64,000 nt of DNA from Candidatus Fermentibacteraceae bacterium (lineage in GTDB: Bacteria > Fermentibacterota > Fermentibacteria > Fermentibacterales > JCC-6), in contig JBGSZS010000004.1 of assembly GCA_041750285.1 (NCBI GenBank), positions 32,001 through 96,000 of the forward strand, written 5' to 3'. Position numbers and translations under genes: made by a program. Below are positions 30,136 to 39,998 of the stretch, piece after piece (positions within the stretch are counted from its first letter, which is position 1; the number at the start of each line of letters is the position of its first letter). The notes under the pieces are model-generated. The model saw only the letters and a program-made list of their open reading frames with translations. It ran no database searches and was not told the DNA's origin.

Positions 30136-30333
30136 ATGGCCAAACTGAAGATGAAACTCGACGACGGATTCATGGAACGAATGAAGAAGGTGGCGGCAAC
30201 GGGCGGATACTCATCGGTGGACGAGTTCGTCATCCACGTCCTGGAACGGGAGATGGAAAAACTGGACCCCGCCAGGGGTGAATCCGAAGAGTCGATCAGG
30301 AAGAAGCTCGAAGGCCTCGGTTACATCTCCTAA
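30136..30333 (+). CDS. Small CopG/ribbon-helix-helix-like protein
   Basis: GYSSVDEFVIHVLERE and C-terminal KKLEGLGYI; last gene of the operon. Confidence 0.7.
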   Translation: MAKLKMKLDDGFMERMKKVAATGGYSSVDEFVIHVLEREMEKLDPARGESEESIRKKLEGLGYIS

Positions 30334-30334
30334 A

Positions 30335-30398
30335 GGGAGGCGACAGCTTTTCAGCGATCTGCACAAGCCAACGGGTTCGAATCCCGTTGGGCCTCCCA
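30335..30398 (+). other. tRNA 3'-end-like remnant/structured element
   Basis: CCAACGGG-TTCGAAT-CCCGTTGG T-loop hairpin followed by ...CTCCCA; no intact D or anticodon arm. Confidence 0.4.
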
Positions 30399-30490
30399 TA
30401 GCCGATCTGCTGCCCCGGGCGTCTTCCCGATCAGGGCCATTCGTCAGGGCGATACCGGAAGCGAACCGCAGGTGTTTGAAGCCCTCGTTA

Positions 30491-31333
30491 TCAACGCTTC
30501 CTGACGATTGCCCTGGCCTTGTTGCCGATGTGCCAGTGATTGAACACGAAGTTGGAAAAAGGCCTGTATGAGTAGGTTTCCCAGATGACCAGCTCGAACC
30601 CGGTCTCTCTGAGGAGGAATTCGAACGAGCGCCTGCAGTACTCGTTGCAGTGCCCGGGACGCCACGTTTCCGGGTACTTCTTCCGGTAAATGCCTGCTCT
30701 TCTCAGCCACCGTTTGAGGCGGGTGTCCAGCCCGTCGATGTTCGGGAACTCCAGAAGGGCGTATCCGCCTTCCTTCAGCAGGGCTGAGATCCCCATCATG
30801 GCGCGCTTCGGATCCATCAGGTGTTCCAGCACATGCCGCAGAAGGACAAGGTCGAACGCTTCACCCGTTCCGTGGGAATACTCCATGTAATCGGCCACGA
30901 CAACGTCGATGCCAAGCCTGGCCTTCACCGAGGCCGCAAGGAAGGGTGACAGCTCGAGCCCACGAACTTCCCACCCCCCACTCCGTGCAAGGTGCAGCAG
31001 CCTGCCGTTTCCGCACCCTATCTCGAGCAGTCGCCCGGGAGTGGGCACCCGTCGCCTGAGGAAACGGTGGGTGACGGTCTGCGCGACGTTCCTCCGGTGG
31101 CGCTCGTCGAATGGGTCTACGAACTCCGAGGCGTACTTAAGCTGATCCAGCCCGCCGCCAAGGTCGTAGTTGACCAGGCCGCAGTTCGGGCAGCGATGGA
31201 AGGTGAACTCGTCCCGGTTGCCCTGATTGTAGAAGGGTCTCAGCGGGCCGTGGCCGCACAGGCGGCAGGTCGGGGTACTGCAACCTTCGTGGTGAGGGCT
31301 GCCGGTGGTTTCATTTCCTGAGGGCAAGTTCAA
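30491..31333 (-). CDS. Class I SAM-dependent methyltransferase with N-terminal CxxC zinc ribbon; start uncertain
   Basis: CRLC..CPNC, LLEIGCGNG, FDLVLLRHVLEHL. Confidence 0.85.
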   Translation of the reverse strand: MNLPSGNETTGSPHHEGCSTPTCRLCGHGPLRPFYNQGNRDEFTFHRCPNCGLVNYDLGGGLDQLKYASEFVDPFDERHRRNVAQTVTHRFLRRRVPTPGRLLEIGCGNGRLLHLARSGGWEVRGLELSPFLAASVKARLGIDVVVADYMEYSHGTGEAFDLVLLRHVLEHLMDPKRAMMGISALLKEGGYALLEFPNIDGLDTRLKRWLRRAGIYRKKYPETWRPGHCNEYCRRSFEFLLRETGFELVIWETYSYRPFSNFVFNHWHIGNKARAIVRKR

Positions 31334-31940
31334 TCCCCAGTTCTCGCGCCTTCTCCCTGACTTTCTCCACCACTTTTGCCGCCTTCTCCCTTTCTCCGCT
31401 TTCCAAGGCTTCAACTTCACTTCCGATGAACTCAGCAAGCTCCTCGACCGCCCCAATCGGCAAAAGCTCCATTGCTATGCAGTACAGTGACTTCGATCTT
31501 CCGTCATTGTACTTCTCGATCAGCAGTTTCAGACACTTCTGCTTCCTGTTCAAGGTTGTCAGGTATGTCGAAAGGTCTTTTCCGGCATCCTCAAGGTTCG
31601 CCCTGACATTCCTGTAGGTGATGAACGAATCCGTCTGCCCGATGTTCTCGTACCTTCCGCACGGATACCCGTCGCACTCGAAGCAGTACTCGATGCTGCC
31701 GTGCTTCCTGCTGCAGGTGACGACCGCGCACGAGGGATGCTTCTCTTGAAAGCCCTCACCCCCGCAACCGGGGCATCTTGATGCCCCGTCGGTGTGGAAC
31801 CTGGGACAGAGACAGCAGTTCAGCCCGCAGAGGGCGAAACCGGGTTCTTTTCTGGTGAATGGCACCAGGCAAGCCTTTTTGATGTCTGCACCACGGGAAG
31901 AGCGTGAATGCAGGACCACTTCAAACGCCCTTCTCAACAT
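31311..31940 (-). CDS. DUF3795-like Cys-rich protein
   Basis: CGLNCCLCP, CPGC, CFECDGYPC; start uncertain. Confidence 0.75.
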   Translation of the reverse strand: MLRRAFEVVLHSRSSRGADIKKACLVPFTRKEPGFALCGLNCCLCPRFHTDGASRCPGCGGEGFQEKHPSCAVVTCSRKHGSIEYCFECDGYPCGRYENIGQTDSFITYRNVRANLEDAGKDLSTYLTTLNRKQKCLKLLIEKYNDGRSKSLYCIAMELLPIGAVEELAEFIGSEVEALESGEREKAAKVVEKVREKARELGIELALRK

Positions 31941-32568
31941 ATGATCTCAGAAGCATCGAAAACAGCTCCTGGCTGTGCTGGCGCTTCTTCTCCCTGAAGG
32001 GGAAACGCCTGTCGAACTCGATCGCTTCATCGTGATCCAGATCGTAGACTTCACTGCCTGTGTATTCGTAGCCTCCCTTCCCGCTGATGCCTCCGTTCAA
32101 CTCGAGTACAAGCAGCCCCAGCGGCTGTCTGCCCCCCTGCATGCTGACCCCGCAATCGACACCGTTCCTGAAACCGTGCCTGCAGTAGTTGTGAGGGTCG
32201 CCAAGTATGATAATGGCAGGAAAGCCCATCTCTTCAGCGATCTTCCCGGTGTGCCGTATCAGTGCACTGCCGATGCCACGCCTCTGATGGTCGGGGTGAA
32301 CGCACAGCGGACCGAACGAAACGGTCCGTATCCGTTCCCCTTCGCGGTCTTCGATGAATGACCCCGTGTACATGATGCACCCTGCGATGTCTCCATCCTT
32401 CAGGGCGATGAACGACAATTCCGGGATGTAGTCCTCATGAGAGCGCATCCTGTGAACCAGGTAGTGCTCGTCGCATCCCGGGACATAGAGGTTCCAGAAC
32501 GCTTCCCGGGTGAGTTGTTCGACTTTGAAATACTCGTCTTCCTTTTCGTGGCGGATCTCAAGGTTCAT
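31921..32568 (-). CDS. GNAT N-acetyltransferase (YhbS-like)
   Basis: TREAFWN, FGPLCVHPDHQRRGIGSAL, LGDPHNY; GGAGG RBS. Confidence 0.88.
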   Translation of the reverse strand: MNLEIRHEKEDEYFKVEQLTREAFWNLYVPGCDEHYLVHRMRSHEDYIPELSFIALKDGDIAGCIMYTGSFIEDREGERIRTVSFGPLCVHPDHQRRGIGSALIRHTGKIAEEMGFPAIIILGDPHNYCRHGFRNGVDCGVSMQGGRQPLGLLVLELNGGISGKGGYEYTGSEVYDLDHDEAIEFDRRFPFREKKRQHSQELFSMLLRSYVEKGV

Positions 32569-32708
32569 CGGTTTTCCTCCCGCATTCCGAGGTCCCGGGG
32601 ACAAAGACAACATCGCACACTTCGCAGGCATCGCTCTCCGGATGGCGGAAGCGACCCCGAATATGTCAGGTCTGCGACAGACTGCCCGGAAACACCAATG
32701 GCAAGGGG

Positions 32709-33722
32709 TCAGTCAAAATCCGGATCGCTGTCGAAGAATACATGACAGAACAACCTGTCGGATGCGGGAGAGAGTATCATGGTGCTCACATCATGGCCGA
32801 TGTCGATCTCGCCCACGGGCTGGAATCCGGGCATGTCCATCGCCATGATGCTGTACTCCCACTCCCGGTCCGGATAGATGAACAGCCTTGAAAGCTGTTC
32901 CGCGAAGCACAGCAGCTCAGCTTCGCAGGAGTTCTCCTGAGTATCGAGCACATCGAAGCTGGTTCTGTCAAGTTCAACGAGCGTGTGTCCAGGAGATCCT
33001 CCGTATCCGGTGCTCCAACGGATGAAGATGCTGCTGCCCCCCCGGGGTGCCTGCATCAGCCGGATCTCCCCCGGAAAGGAGCGGCTCCGAAGAAGCTCAC
33101 CGGTATCGGGATCGCAGGCGTAAACGGAAGCTCCCGAACAGATGTACATCTCGTCGCCCGAATCCGGGAAGAGAACGCCATTGTCGCTGTAGACCTGCAG
33201 TGTATCGGTGAATTCCATCAGGCGGGTGTCCAGTATCCTCATCGGCTCGCCATCGGGAACAAGGTAGAGAAGATCGGTGCCGGGCCGTGTTTCAATCCTG
33301 TAGAAGGCGGGAGCGCTACCAGCGGGGATCGAGTCGGCAATGCTCATGTCTGCGGTTGTGATCCTGTAAACCATCGGGTTCAAACTGAACGTGACCACGA
33401 AAAGCAGGGAGTCGTTCCCTGAGATGGCTGAGCTTGACGTTGACATCACCGGTTGTGCCGGCAGGTCCAATTCCGCATACGGGGTCATTTCCGCAGTGTC
33501 AAACCTGACAACCTTCCATGGAGAAAGGATGTAAAGGAAGCTCCCGTCAGAGCTTATCTCCATGTCGGAACTGAAGTAACCGATGGAAGCATCATGAGTG
33601 GATGCAATGCTTCCCGAGACGCAATCGATAACGATCAGATCGTCCCTGACATACTCCGAGGGTCCGGTGGTGCCGCAGCCAAGGACGGTCAGGATCACGG
33701 CTGTTGCGACACTTCTGTTCAT
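32709..33722 (-). CDS. Hypothetical lipoprotein, YncE-like beta-propeller
   Basis: Lipobox VLGC; repeated SxDGxxLY-like blades. Confidence 0.65.
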   Translation of the reverse strand: MNRSVATAVILTVLGCGTTGPSEYVRDDLIVIDCVSGSIASTHDASIGYFSSDMEISSDGSFLYILSPWKVVRFDTAEMTPYAELDLPAQPVMSTSSSAISGNDSLLFVVTFSLNPMVYRITTADMSIADSIPAGSAPAFYRIETRPGTDLLYLVPDGEPMRILDTRLMEFTDTLQVYSDNGVLFPDSGDEMYICSGASVYACDPDTGELLRSRSFPGEIRLMQAPRGGSSIFIRWSTGYGGSPGHTLVELDRTSFDVLDTQENSCEAELLCFAEQLSRLFIYPDREWEYSIMAMDMPGFQPVGEIDIGHDVSTMILSPASDRLFCHVFFDSDPDFD

Positions 33723-33921
33723 TTCATCCTTCCCGCACGGCATTTTTGTTCCGCAGCATCTCGGAATTCTTAGTGTAGCGAAAGCTGTAACAATCGGCAA
33801 GAAGTTCACTGAACGGTTTTCACCCGCTTTCGTACCGGTCGTTCCCTCCCGGGGCTGCCACCGCTCACGGGTTTGCCGTATGTTCCGGCATTGTCGCTGA
33901 CGTACTAACCGGGAGGATGAC

Positions 33922-35574
33922 ATGAGCGAGGTCCGCTGGTCCGTAAGCCCCGGGGGGGAGAGATTCGCCCTTCCCGTTCCCGAAGACTACCCCGTTGAGC
34001 TTGACAGGCTTCGAGGGCTCGTGGAGCTCAACCGCTCCATGGGCAGGGAGATCGTTGCGGTGGTTGGCCTTGGTTTTGTGGGGGCGGTCATGGCGGCGGT
34101 CGTGGCAGATTCGGTCCGGGCGGACGGGAAGCCCGGCAAGTTCGTCATAGGTATGCAAAGGCCAAGCACCCGAAGCTACTGGAAGACCCCGCTCCTGAAC
34201 CGGGGCATCTCCCCGGTCACCGCGGAGGATCCCGAAGTTGCCCCGATGATCGCGCGCTGCGTGCTCGACAAGAAGACGCTCGTGGCAACCTATACTGAAG
34301 AGGCGCTTTCTCTTGTGGACGCAGTGGTCGTCGATGTGCAGTGCGACTACCTGAAGAACAGGTTCGGGAACTGCCGGGACGGCTCGGCGGACATGGCTGC
34401 GCTCGAGGAATCACTTGGGGTGATCGCACAGCACATTCAGCCTCATGCCCTGGTACTGATCGAAACCACGGTTCCGCCGGGAACCACCGAGCAGATAGCC
34501 CACCCCATAATGAAAAAGGTGTTCGGGAAGCGCGGCATCGAAAGCGAACCCCTTCTGGCGCACAGCTACGAGAGGGTAATGCCCGGGCGCAACTACGTCG
34601 CCTCGATACGCGACTTCTGGCGGGTCTGCAGCGGCGTGAACACCGAGGCCAGGGAAAGGGTGACGAAGTTCCTGAACGAGGTCCTCAACACGAGGGACTT
34701 CCCCCTGACGGTGCTCGACCGCCCCATCGAATCCGAGACCGCAAAGATCGTCGAGAACAGCTACAGGGCAACGATCCTGGCGTTCCTGGACGAATGGTCG
34801 GTGTTCGCGGAACGCAACGGTGTGGACCTGAACAAGGTCATCGGTGCGATAAAGGTCAGACCCACCCACTCCAACATGATCTTCCCGGGGCCGGGGATAG
34901 GGGGTTACTGCCTTCCCAAGGACGGCGGGCTCGGGGTTTGGGCATATCGTCACATAATGGGCTTCGAGGACGACATCTTCAAAATCACGCCGATGGCGGT
35001 CGACATCAACGACACGCGCTCGCTCAGGGTTCCGCAGATGGTGCGCGACGCACTCAGGAACATGAACCGGGGCATCTCCTCGGCCGACGTTCTCGTTCTT
35101 GGCGCTTCCTACCGCGAGGATGTGGGCGACTCACGGTACAGCGGTTCCGAGGTGATCGTCAGGAAGCTCAGTGAAATGGGCGCCGACGTGAAGGTGCACG
35201 ACCCCTACATGGAGCACTGGTGGGAGTTCGAGGCGCAGGAGACCTACCCGAAGCCGGGCTTCAGCTGGTCACGGTTCTTCCACAGGCAGACCCCGCTTGC
35301 GAACCTGAGGATGGAAAAGGACCTGTGGGAGGCCATGAAGGGGGCCGACGCTCTTGTACTGGCGGTCAGGCACTCGGAGTACATGGCCCTCGAGCCCGAC
35401 GCCGTCTTCGAAGCGGTGGGAAAACCCTTCGCAGTCATCGACTGCTTCTGCATGCTGGACGACAACAGGATCCGCCGGTACCTCGAGCTCGGTTGCGAGG
35501 TCAAGGGGCTGGGCCGCGGTCACATCAGACGGATGAAGGAGAGCGTGAAGGCGGCGGTCACTCCACGCTGTTGA
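33922..35574 (+). CDS. Nucleotide-sugar dehydrogenase (UDP-glucose/GDP-mannose dehydrogenase family)
   Basis: GLGFVG, ETTVPPGTT, ERVMPG, KIVENSYR, GIGGYCLPKD. Confidence 0.9.
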   Translation: MSEVRWSVSPGGERFALPVPEDYPVELDRLRGLVELNRSMGREIVAVVGLGFVGAVMAAVVADSVRADGKPGKFVIGMQRPSTRSYWKTPLLNRGISPVTAEDPEVAPMIARCVLDKKTLVATYTEEALSLVDAVVVDVQCDYLKNRFGNCRDGSADMAALEESLGVIAQHIQPHALVLIETTVPPGTTEQIAHPIMKKVFGKRGIESEPLLAHSYERVMPGRNYVASIRDFWRVCSGVNTEARERVTKFLNEVLNTRDFPLTVLDRPIESETAKIVENSYRATILAFLDEWSVFAERNGVDLNKVIGAIKVRPTHSNMIFPGPGIGGYCLPKDGGLGVWAYRHIMGFEDDIFKITPMAVDINDTRSLRVPQMVRDALRNMNRGISSADVLVLGASYREDVGDSRYSGSEVIVRKLSEMGADVKVHDPYMEHWWEFEAQETYPKPGFSWSRFFHRQTPLANLRMEKDLWEAMKGADALVLAVRHSEYMALEPDAVFEAVGKPFAVIDCFCMLDDNRIRRYLELGCEVKGLGRGHIRRMKESVKAAVTPRC

Positions 35575-36148
35575 CGGCTCCCGGAGTTCCCCAGCACTTG
35601 TCGTCGCCTGTCTCGGGATCCGGAAGCGGGCAGTCGAAGTCGACCGATGCCGCCCAGTTCGCAGCATTGTTGGGTCCCCTGATGTTTATCTTCTCAAGCG
35701 AGGCACCCGTTCCGTCGGCGGCGCTTCGCTGCTGCCCTTCCCCTATCCCCCAGTGGTCGGTGTATGAGAGCATGTCGATCATCATTCCGTAGCGGTCGCT
35801 GAGGGTTATCATGTCCGACGCGTTCGAGAGCCCCGGCCACTCGCCGGTCCATGAAACGACGAGAACCCTTTCGCCGTAGGCATCGACAAATGACTCCATG
35901 TCTGCGGGAACCACCACCCTGGCACCGGGAGCAAGTTCGTACTCATCCAGTACAAGCCCGTTGCCGCGGTCGCTGAACACCATTCCCTGGAGCTGAAGGG
36001 GCTCGGCGGTGAGGTTGCAGAGCTCGACCCATTCGTAAAGACTGTCAGGGCCAAGTGTGGGGCCATCGGGGTTGTACATGATCTCGGTGATGGCCGCGTC
36101 GTTCAACCCCGAAACCAGCGCCATGAACAATGATACGCCAATCAGCAT
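35558..36148 (-). CDS. Lamin-tail-domain secreted protein
   Basis: ITEIMYNP, EWVEL, LSN..D.ITL, GTPG..NS. Confidence 0.8.
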   Translation of the reverse strand: MLIGVSLFMALVSGLNDAAITEIMYNPDGPTLGPDSLYEWVELCNLTAEPLQLQGMVFSDRGNGLVLDEYELAPGARVVVPADMESFVDAYGERVLVVSWTGEWPGLSNASDMITLSDRYGMMIDMLSYTDHWGIGEGQQRSAADGTGASLEKINIRGPNNAANWAASVDFDCPLPDPETGDDKCWGTPGAVNSVE

Positions 36149-36181
36149 TGTTGCCTCCGGAAAAGTGTTGGGGGCCGTGCT

Positions 36182-36865
36182 TCAGAACTTGAGGTAGCTT
36201 CCAATTCTGACGTAGGGGCCCGAGAAATCGACAGTGAAATCATCGGTGGTGTCATCGTCGAGCTTCACGTCGCACTGCCTGTAACCGCCCTCTGCACCGA
36301 ATACGAGCGGAATGCCCAGAAAGTTCCCCGATTCCTGGTCCAACCTCACTCCAGCCGTGAAACCAAGCCCTGAACCTTCGTGCGATGAGGTTGTGTTGGG
36401 AGTGTCGATGCTTCTTGTAACCAGGGCGAGGGAAGGCCCTCCGCCGACCGAAAAGGCGGGGTTGTCAGTGAGTTTGTAGTAAGCCGAGAGGTCGAAGTTC
36501 ACCGAGCTGTTCTCGAGGGCCACGACCTCATCGTCGGGTGACCCGAACAGGAAGGCTATGCCTCCGGTCAGGATTCCCAGGAGAATGTAGCCTCCCGGGT
36601 TGTAGTTCTCCTCGTAGACGCCGTTGTACCTGCTGACAGAAAAGCCCCCGCGCAGACGAAGCCTCTCGGAAGCGTCGCCGATGGCCTCGAGACCGCCCGC
36701 CCAGGCCACATCGTCCAGCTTCAGGGGAAGACCGCCCTCGGAGAGCAGCTCGGCGTAATCATTCTCGTCAGCCATCCGGGGGAAGGCGCCGTCAAACGTG
36801 AAACCTATCCTGAAAGAGCTTCCCTGGAGAATGAGAAGCATCGCGGCGGACACAATGGCCGTCAT
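36182..36865 (-). CDS. Putative outer-membrane beta-barrel protein
   Basis: Signal-like N-terminus, alternating beta pattern, C-terminal YLKF. Confidence 0.6.
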   Translation of the reverse strand: MTAIVSAAMLLILQGSSFRIGFTFDGAFPRMADENDYAELLSEGGLPLKLDDVAWAGGLEAIGDASERLRLRGGFSVSRYNGVYEENYNPGGYILLGILTGGIAFLFGSPDDEVVALENSSVNFDLSAYYKLTDNPAFSVGGGPSLALVTRSIDTPNTTSSHEGSGLGFTAGVRLDQESGNFLGIPLVFGAEGGYRQCDVKLDDDTTDDFTVDFSGPYVRIGSYLKF

Positions 36866-37200
36866 TGTCTGTTCACCTCCAGAATCGTCACCGAAACCCT
36901 CTCGCCGTCGAGCCAGACCTCGAGCGTGTAAAGGCCGTCGCCGGGATACTCTCCGCCGTCGTCGAACAGGTCCCAGACCACGCTGTGTTCGCCGGCTTCG
37001 AGTTCCTGTGAATCGAGAAGGGTTCGGACCGTTGCCATCAGGCTGTTACGCACCACCACATCCACTGTGCCCGGGTTCTGGGTGGTGAAGAAGACTTCCA
37101 CGCTCTCCTCGACCACCATGAAGGGATAGCTCGTGTCATCGCAGGCAATCGAAAGAAGAAGACAGACGAATACGAGTGTTGGAATACGCAACCCTCTCAT
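36862..37200 (-). CDS. FlgD-Ig-like domain lipoprotein
   Basis: Lipobox SIAC; VRTL..AGEHSVVWD..G.Y pattern. Confidence 0.7.
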   Translation of the reverse strand: MRGLRIPTLVFVCLLLSIACDDTSYPFMVVEESVEVFFTTQNPGTVDVVVRNSLMATVRTLLDSQELEAGEHSVVWDLFDDGGEYPGDGLYTLEVWLDGERVSVTILEVNRQ

Positions 37201-37297
37201 TCAATCACCCCCTGTAATAAAAACCCCCGCAGAGTGCGTTTCAACATTATATCACCCATGGATCGTTTCAACAAGGCACAGAACTTGTCTGCGCACT

Positions 37298-38008
37298 TCA
37301 GGTTGCGATGGCTGAAAGGACCGTTTCAGCGTAGACACGGGCCCCCAGGCTGTTGAGATGGGCACCGTCCATGGTGAGGTGAAGGCCCCGCCGGCGGGCC
37401 AGATAGTCAGCGCCGGCGTCGGGCGCCGTGACAAGTGAATCGATGAAAACCGAGGAATGCCTGTCCAATAAGTAGGGTGAAGGCTCGGCCACCTTCCGCA
37501 TCTCGGTGTCGAAAGCCTTTGCCACATCGGCAATCCCCGCGCCATGCCCCTCCCCCAGCGTCCTTATCACGGCGTTGTAGCGGTTCCTTGTCTGGTTGAT
37601 CTCGCTTTCGGGGTTTTCACCCAGACACGCCACGGTGGCGAGGATGACCCTGACTCTCCGGGGGATGGTGGAGAGCATCTCCCCGTAGGTCTGCCGGAAA
37701 GCCTCCGGGGTCACCATTGGAACGCTGCCCCTGAACTGAAGGTCCCTTGCGAGTTTTTTCCAGGGGCCGCCCCTGCGGTGGAACATGGGGATCAGGATGT
37801 CGTTGGCACCCACTTCAAGAAGCAGGATGTCGGGGTTGCATGAGGCGATGAGGGGGTTCAGCCGCCACCTGACCTCGGTTACCGTGGCCCCGCCCCTGCC
37901 CTCGACGACCATTTCATGCGTGCAGCCAAGCCTGGCCATCATGGAGGGATAGCCCACGCCGGGACGGCCGGCGGTGAGACTGTCGCCAAGAAGCAGCAAC
38001 CTGCCCAT
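37298..38008 (-). CDS. SGNH/GDSL hydrolase
   Basis: LGDSLT, GAND, DGAHLN. Confidence 0.88.
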   Translation of the reverse strand: MGRLLLLGDSLTAGRPGVGYPSMMARLGCTHEMVVEGRGGATVTEVRWRLNPLIASCNPDILLLEVGANDILIPMFHRRGGPWKKLARDLQFRGSVPMVTPEAFRQTYGEMLSTIPRRVRVILATVACLGENPESEINQTRNRYNAVIRTLGEGHGAGIADVAKAFDTEMRKVAEPSPYLLDRHSSVFIDSLVTAPDAGADYLARRRGLHLTMDGAHLNSLGARVYAETVLSAIAT

Positions 38009-38127
38009 GTCACCTTTCCCCTGTTTGGATCGATTATGCGGCATCGCCCGTAGAAAGGGAATGTGCTTTCCAGGCGTCCGGGAAGCCTGTGGCAGAACGG
38101 CCCCTACGGAATGGATGCCGGAGGCTT

Positions 38128-38160
38128 CCGGCGGGTCCCTCCGGAAAAAGGACCCGCCGG
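38128..38160 (-). terminator. 11-bp hairpin downstream of rocD
   Basis: CCGGCGGGTCC...GGACCCGCCGG. Confidence 0.5.
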
Positions 38161-38170
38161 GATCGGGGCA

Positions 38171-39400
38171 TCAGTTGAAGGACAGTATGGAACTGCGGAT
38201 TATCCCCACGCAGTCGAGGATCTGTTCCTCGGTGATTACCAGAGGCGGCGCGAACCTGATTATGTCGCCGTGGGTGGGTTTTGCCAGAAGGCCGTTCTCG
38301 GCCATCTTGAGGCAGACGTCCCACGCTTCCATCCCGCCGGTGGGCTTGATGACGACCGCGTTCAGGAGCCCCTTCCCCCTGACCTTCGAGATCATGGGAG
38401 AATCTATCGCCGAAAGCTCTTTGCGCAGAATCGCGCCGAGTTTCTCGGAACGTTCGGCGAGCTTCTCCTCCCGTACGACCTCCAGGGCGGCTATGGCAAC
38501 CCTGGCGCCGATCGGGTTGCCCCCGAAGGTCGAGCCGTGCTGGCCCGGCTTTATCACGAGCATGATGTCGTCGTCGGCCAGAACCGCTGAGACCGGATAG
38601 AGGCCTCCGCTGATGGCCTTGCCCAGGATGAGGATGTCGGGCCTTACCCCTTCATGGTCACACGCCAGCAGCCGTCCTGTGCGGGCGATACCGGTCTGGA
38701 CCTCGTCTGCAATGAAAAGGACGTTCTTTCTCCTGCAGAGCTCGGCGGCACTGCTGAGGTAACCCTGGTCGGGAACGTAAACCCCCGCCTCGCCCTGGAT
38801 GGGCTCCACAAGGAACCCGGCGACATCGGGGTCTTCAAGCGCCTTTTCCAGCGCCGGAAGGTTGTTGTAGGGGATTCTCACGAAACCCGGAGTGAAGGGG
38901 CCGTAATCGCTGAAGGCGTCGGGGTCGCTTGAGAACGAGACGATGGTCGTTGTGCGCCCGTGGAAGTTGTTCTCGCACACGATGATCTTGGCGTTGTTCC
39001 CGGATATGCCCTTCTTCGAGTAGGCCCACTTCCGGCAGAGCTTGATGGCGGTTTCGACCGCTTCGGCGCCGGTGTTCATGGGAAGCACCTTTTCGTAACC
39101 GAAGTACCCGGTGACGTACTTCTCGAAGACACCCAGGACGTCGTTGTAGAATGCCCTGGAGGTGAGGGCCAGAACCTGGGCCTGGTCGGTGAGCGCCTTG
39201 ACGATCTTCGGGTGGCAATGCCCCTGGTTGACCGCCGAGTACGAGGAAAGGAAATCGTAGTAACGTTTTCCCTCGACGTCCCAGACGTGGACGCCCTGCC
39301 CCCGGGCCAGCACCACGGGAAGGGGGTGGTAGTTGTGGGCCCCGTACCTGTCTTCGAGCTCCATCGCCAGCTTCGAGGTCATCTTCTCTGCAGTCATCAC
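38171..39400 (-). CDS. rocD: Ornithine--oxo-acid aminotransferase
   Basis: [52 protein letters not shown]; start GTG 39400 or ATG 39397. Confidence 0.95.
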   Translation of the reverse strand: MMTAEKMTSKLAMELEDRYGAHNYHPLPVVLARGQGVHVWDVEGKRYYDFLSSYSAVNQGHCHPKIVKALTDQAQVLALTSRAFYNDVLGVFEKYVTGYFGYEKVLPMNTGAEAVETAIKLCRKWAYSKKGISGNNAKIIVCENNFHGRTTTIVSFSSDPDAFSDYGPFTPGFVRIPYNNLPALEKALEDPDVAGFLVEPIQGEAGVYVPDQGYLSSAAELCRRKNVLFIADEVQTGIARTGRLLACDHEGVRPDILILGKAISGGLYPVSAVLADDDIMLVIKPGQHGSTFGGNPIGARVAIAALEVVREEKLAERSEKLGAILRKELSAIDSPMISKVRGKGLLNAVVIKPTGGMEAWDVCLKMAENGLLAKPTHGDIIRFAPPLVITEEQILDCVGIIRSSILSFN

Positions 39401-39508
39401 TCACGCTCCCGTGCGGACGGCATGCCGGGGTTCCTTCCGGAAAACCGGTTCCTGCCGATGTTTCAGTGGTGAAAGCCGGTTCGCGGCCTTCGTTTGCATT
39501 GAGCGACG

Positions 39509-39537
39509 ATGCTAACAAAGCGCCCCTGAAAAGTCAA
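39509..39537 (-). promoter_or_regulatory. Putative sigma70 promoter of rocD
   Basis: TTGACT-17nt-TAGCAT. Confidence 0.55.
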
Positions 39538-39614
39538 ACAGAGGGATTGTCGGGGTTGACGGGGCTGGACATATAACCACTTCGGCTTCGTTCCACGGGA
39601 AAGGAAAACCCGCC

Positions 39615-39998
39615 GTGAAGAGCCCGGGAGGGAACTACGTCCAATGGTCGGTGGCCCAGATCGTTTCAGGGGCCGTCTGCGCCGGGCTGACACTGCTTTC
39701 CGTTCCCTTCCTGCCCACCCTCGGGGCATCGCTGCTGGTGATCGTCATCTACAAGCTCCTGTACAGGTGGGAACACAGGGCCACCGAAACCGACATGCAG
39801 AACATGCTGAGGGTGTTCTCCCTCTCCAGTCTAGCCACCCTCGCCGTTCTCACGGTTGCCGGCAAATGGTTGCATGACTTCTGGTTGAATGCCTTGTGGG
39901 CCGTGGCGCTCGCATCCAGGGGTTTCTTCGGTCTCATCGTTTTCGCCCGCAGGACCCGCGGGTCCGGGGCGGGAACAGGAAGGGAGGATTCGGAATGA
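39615..39998 (+). CDS. Hypothetical small membrane protein
   Basis: About four hydrophobic segments; ATGA overlap with the next gene. Confidence 0.6.
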   Translation: MKSPGGNYVQWSVAQIVSGAVCAGLTLLSVPFLPTLGASLLVIVIYKLLYRWEHRATETDMQNMLRVFSLSSLATLAVLTVAGKWLHDFWLNALWAVALASRGFFGLIVFARRTRGSGAGTGREDSE

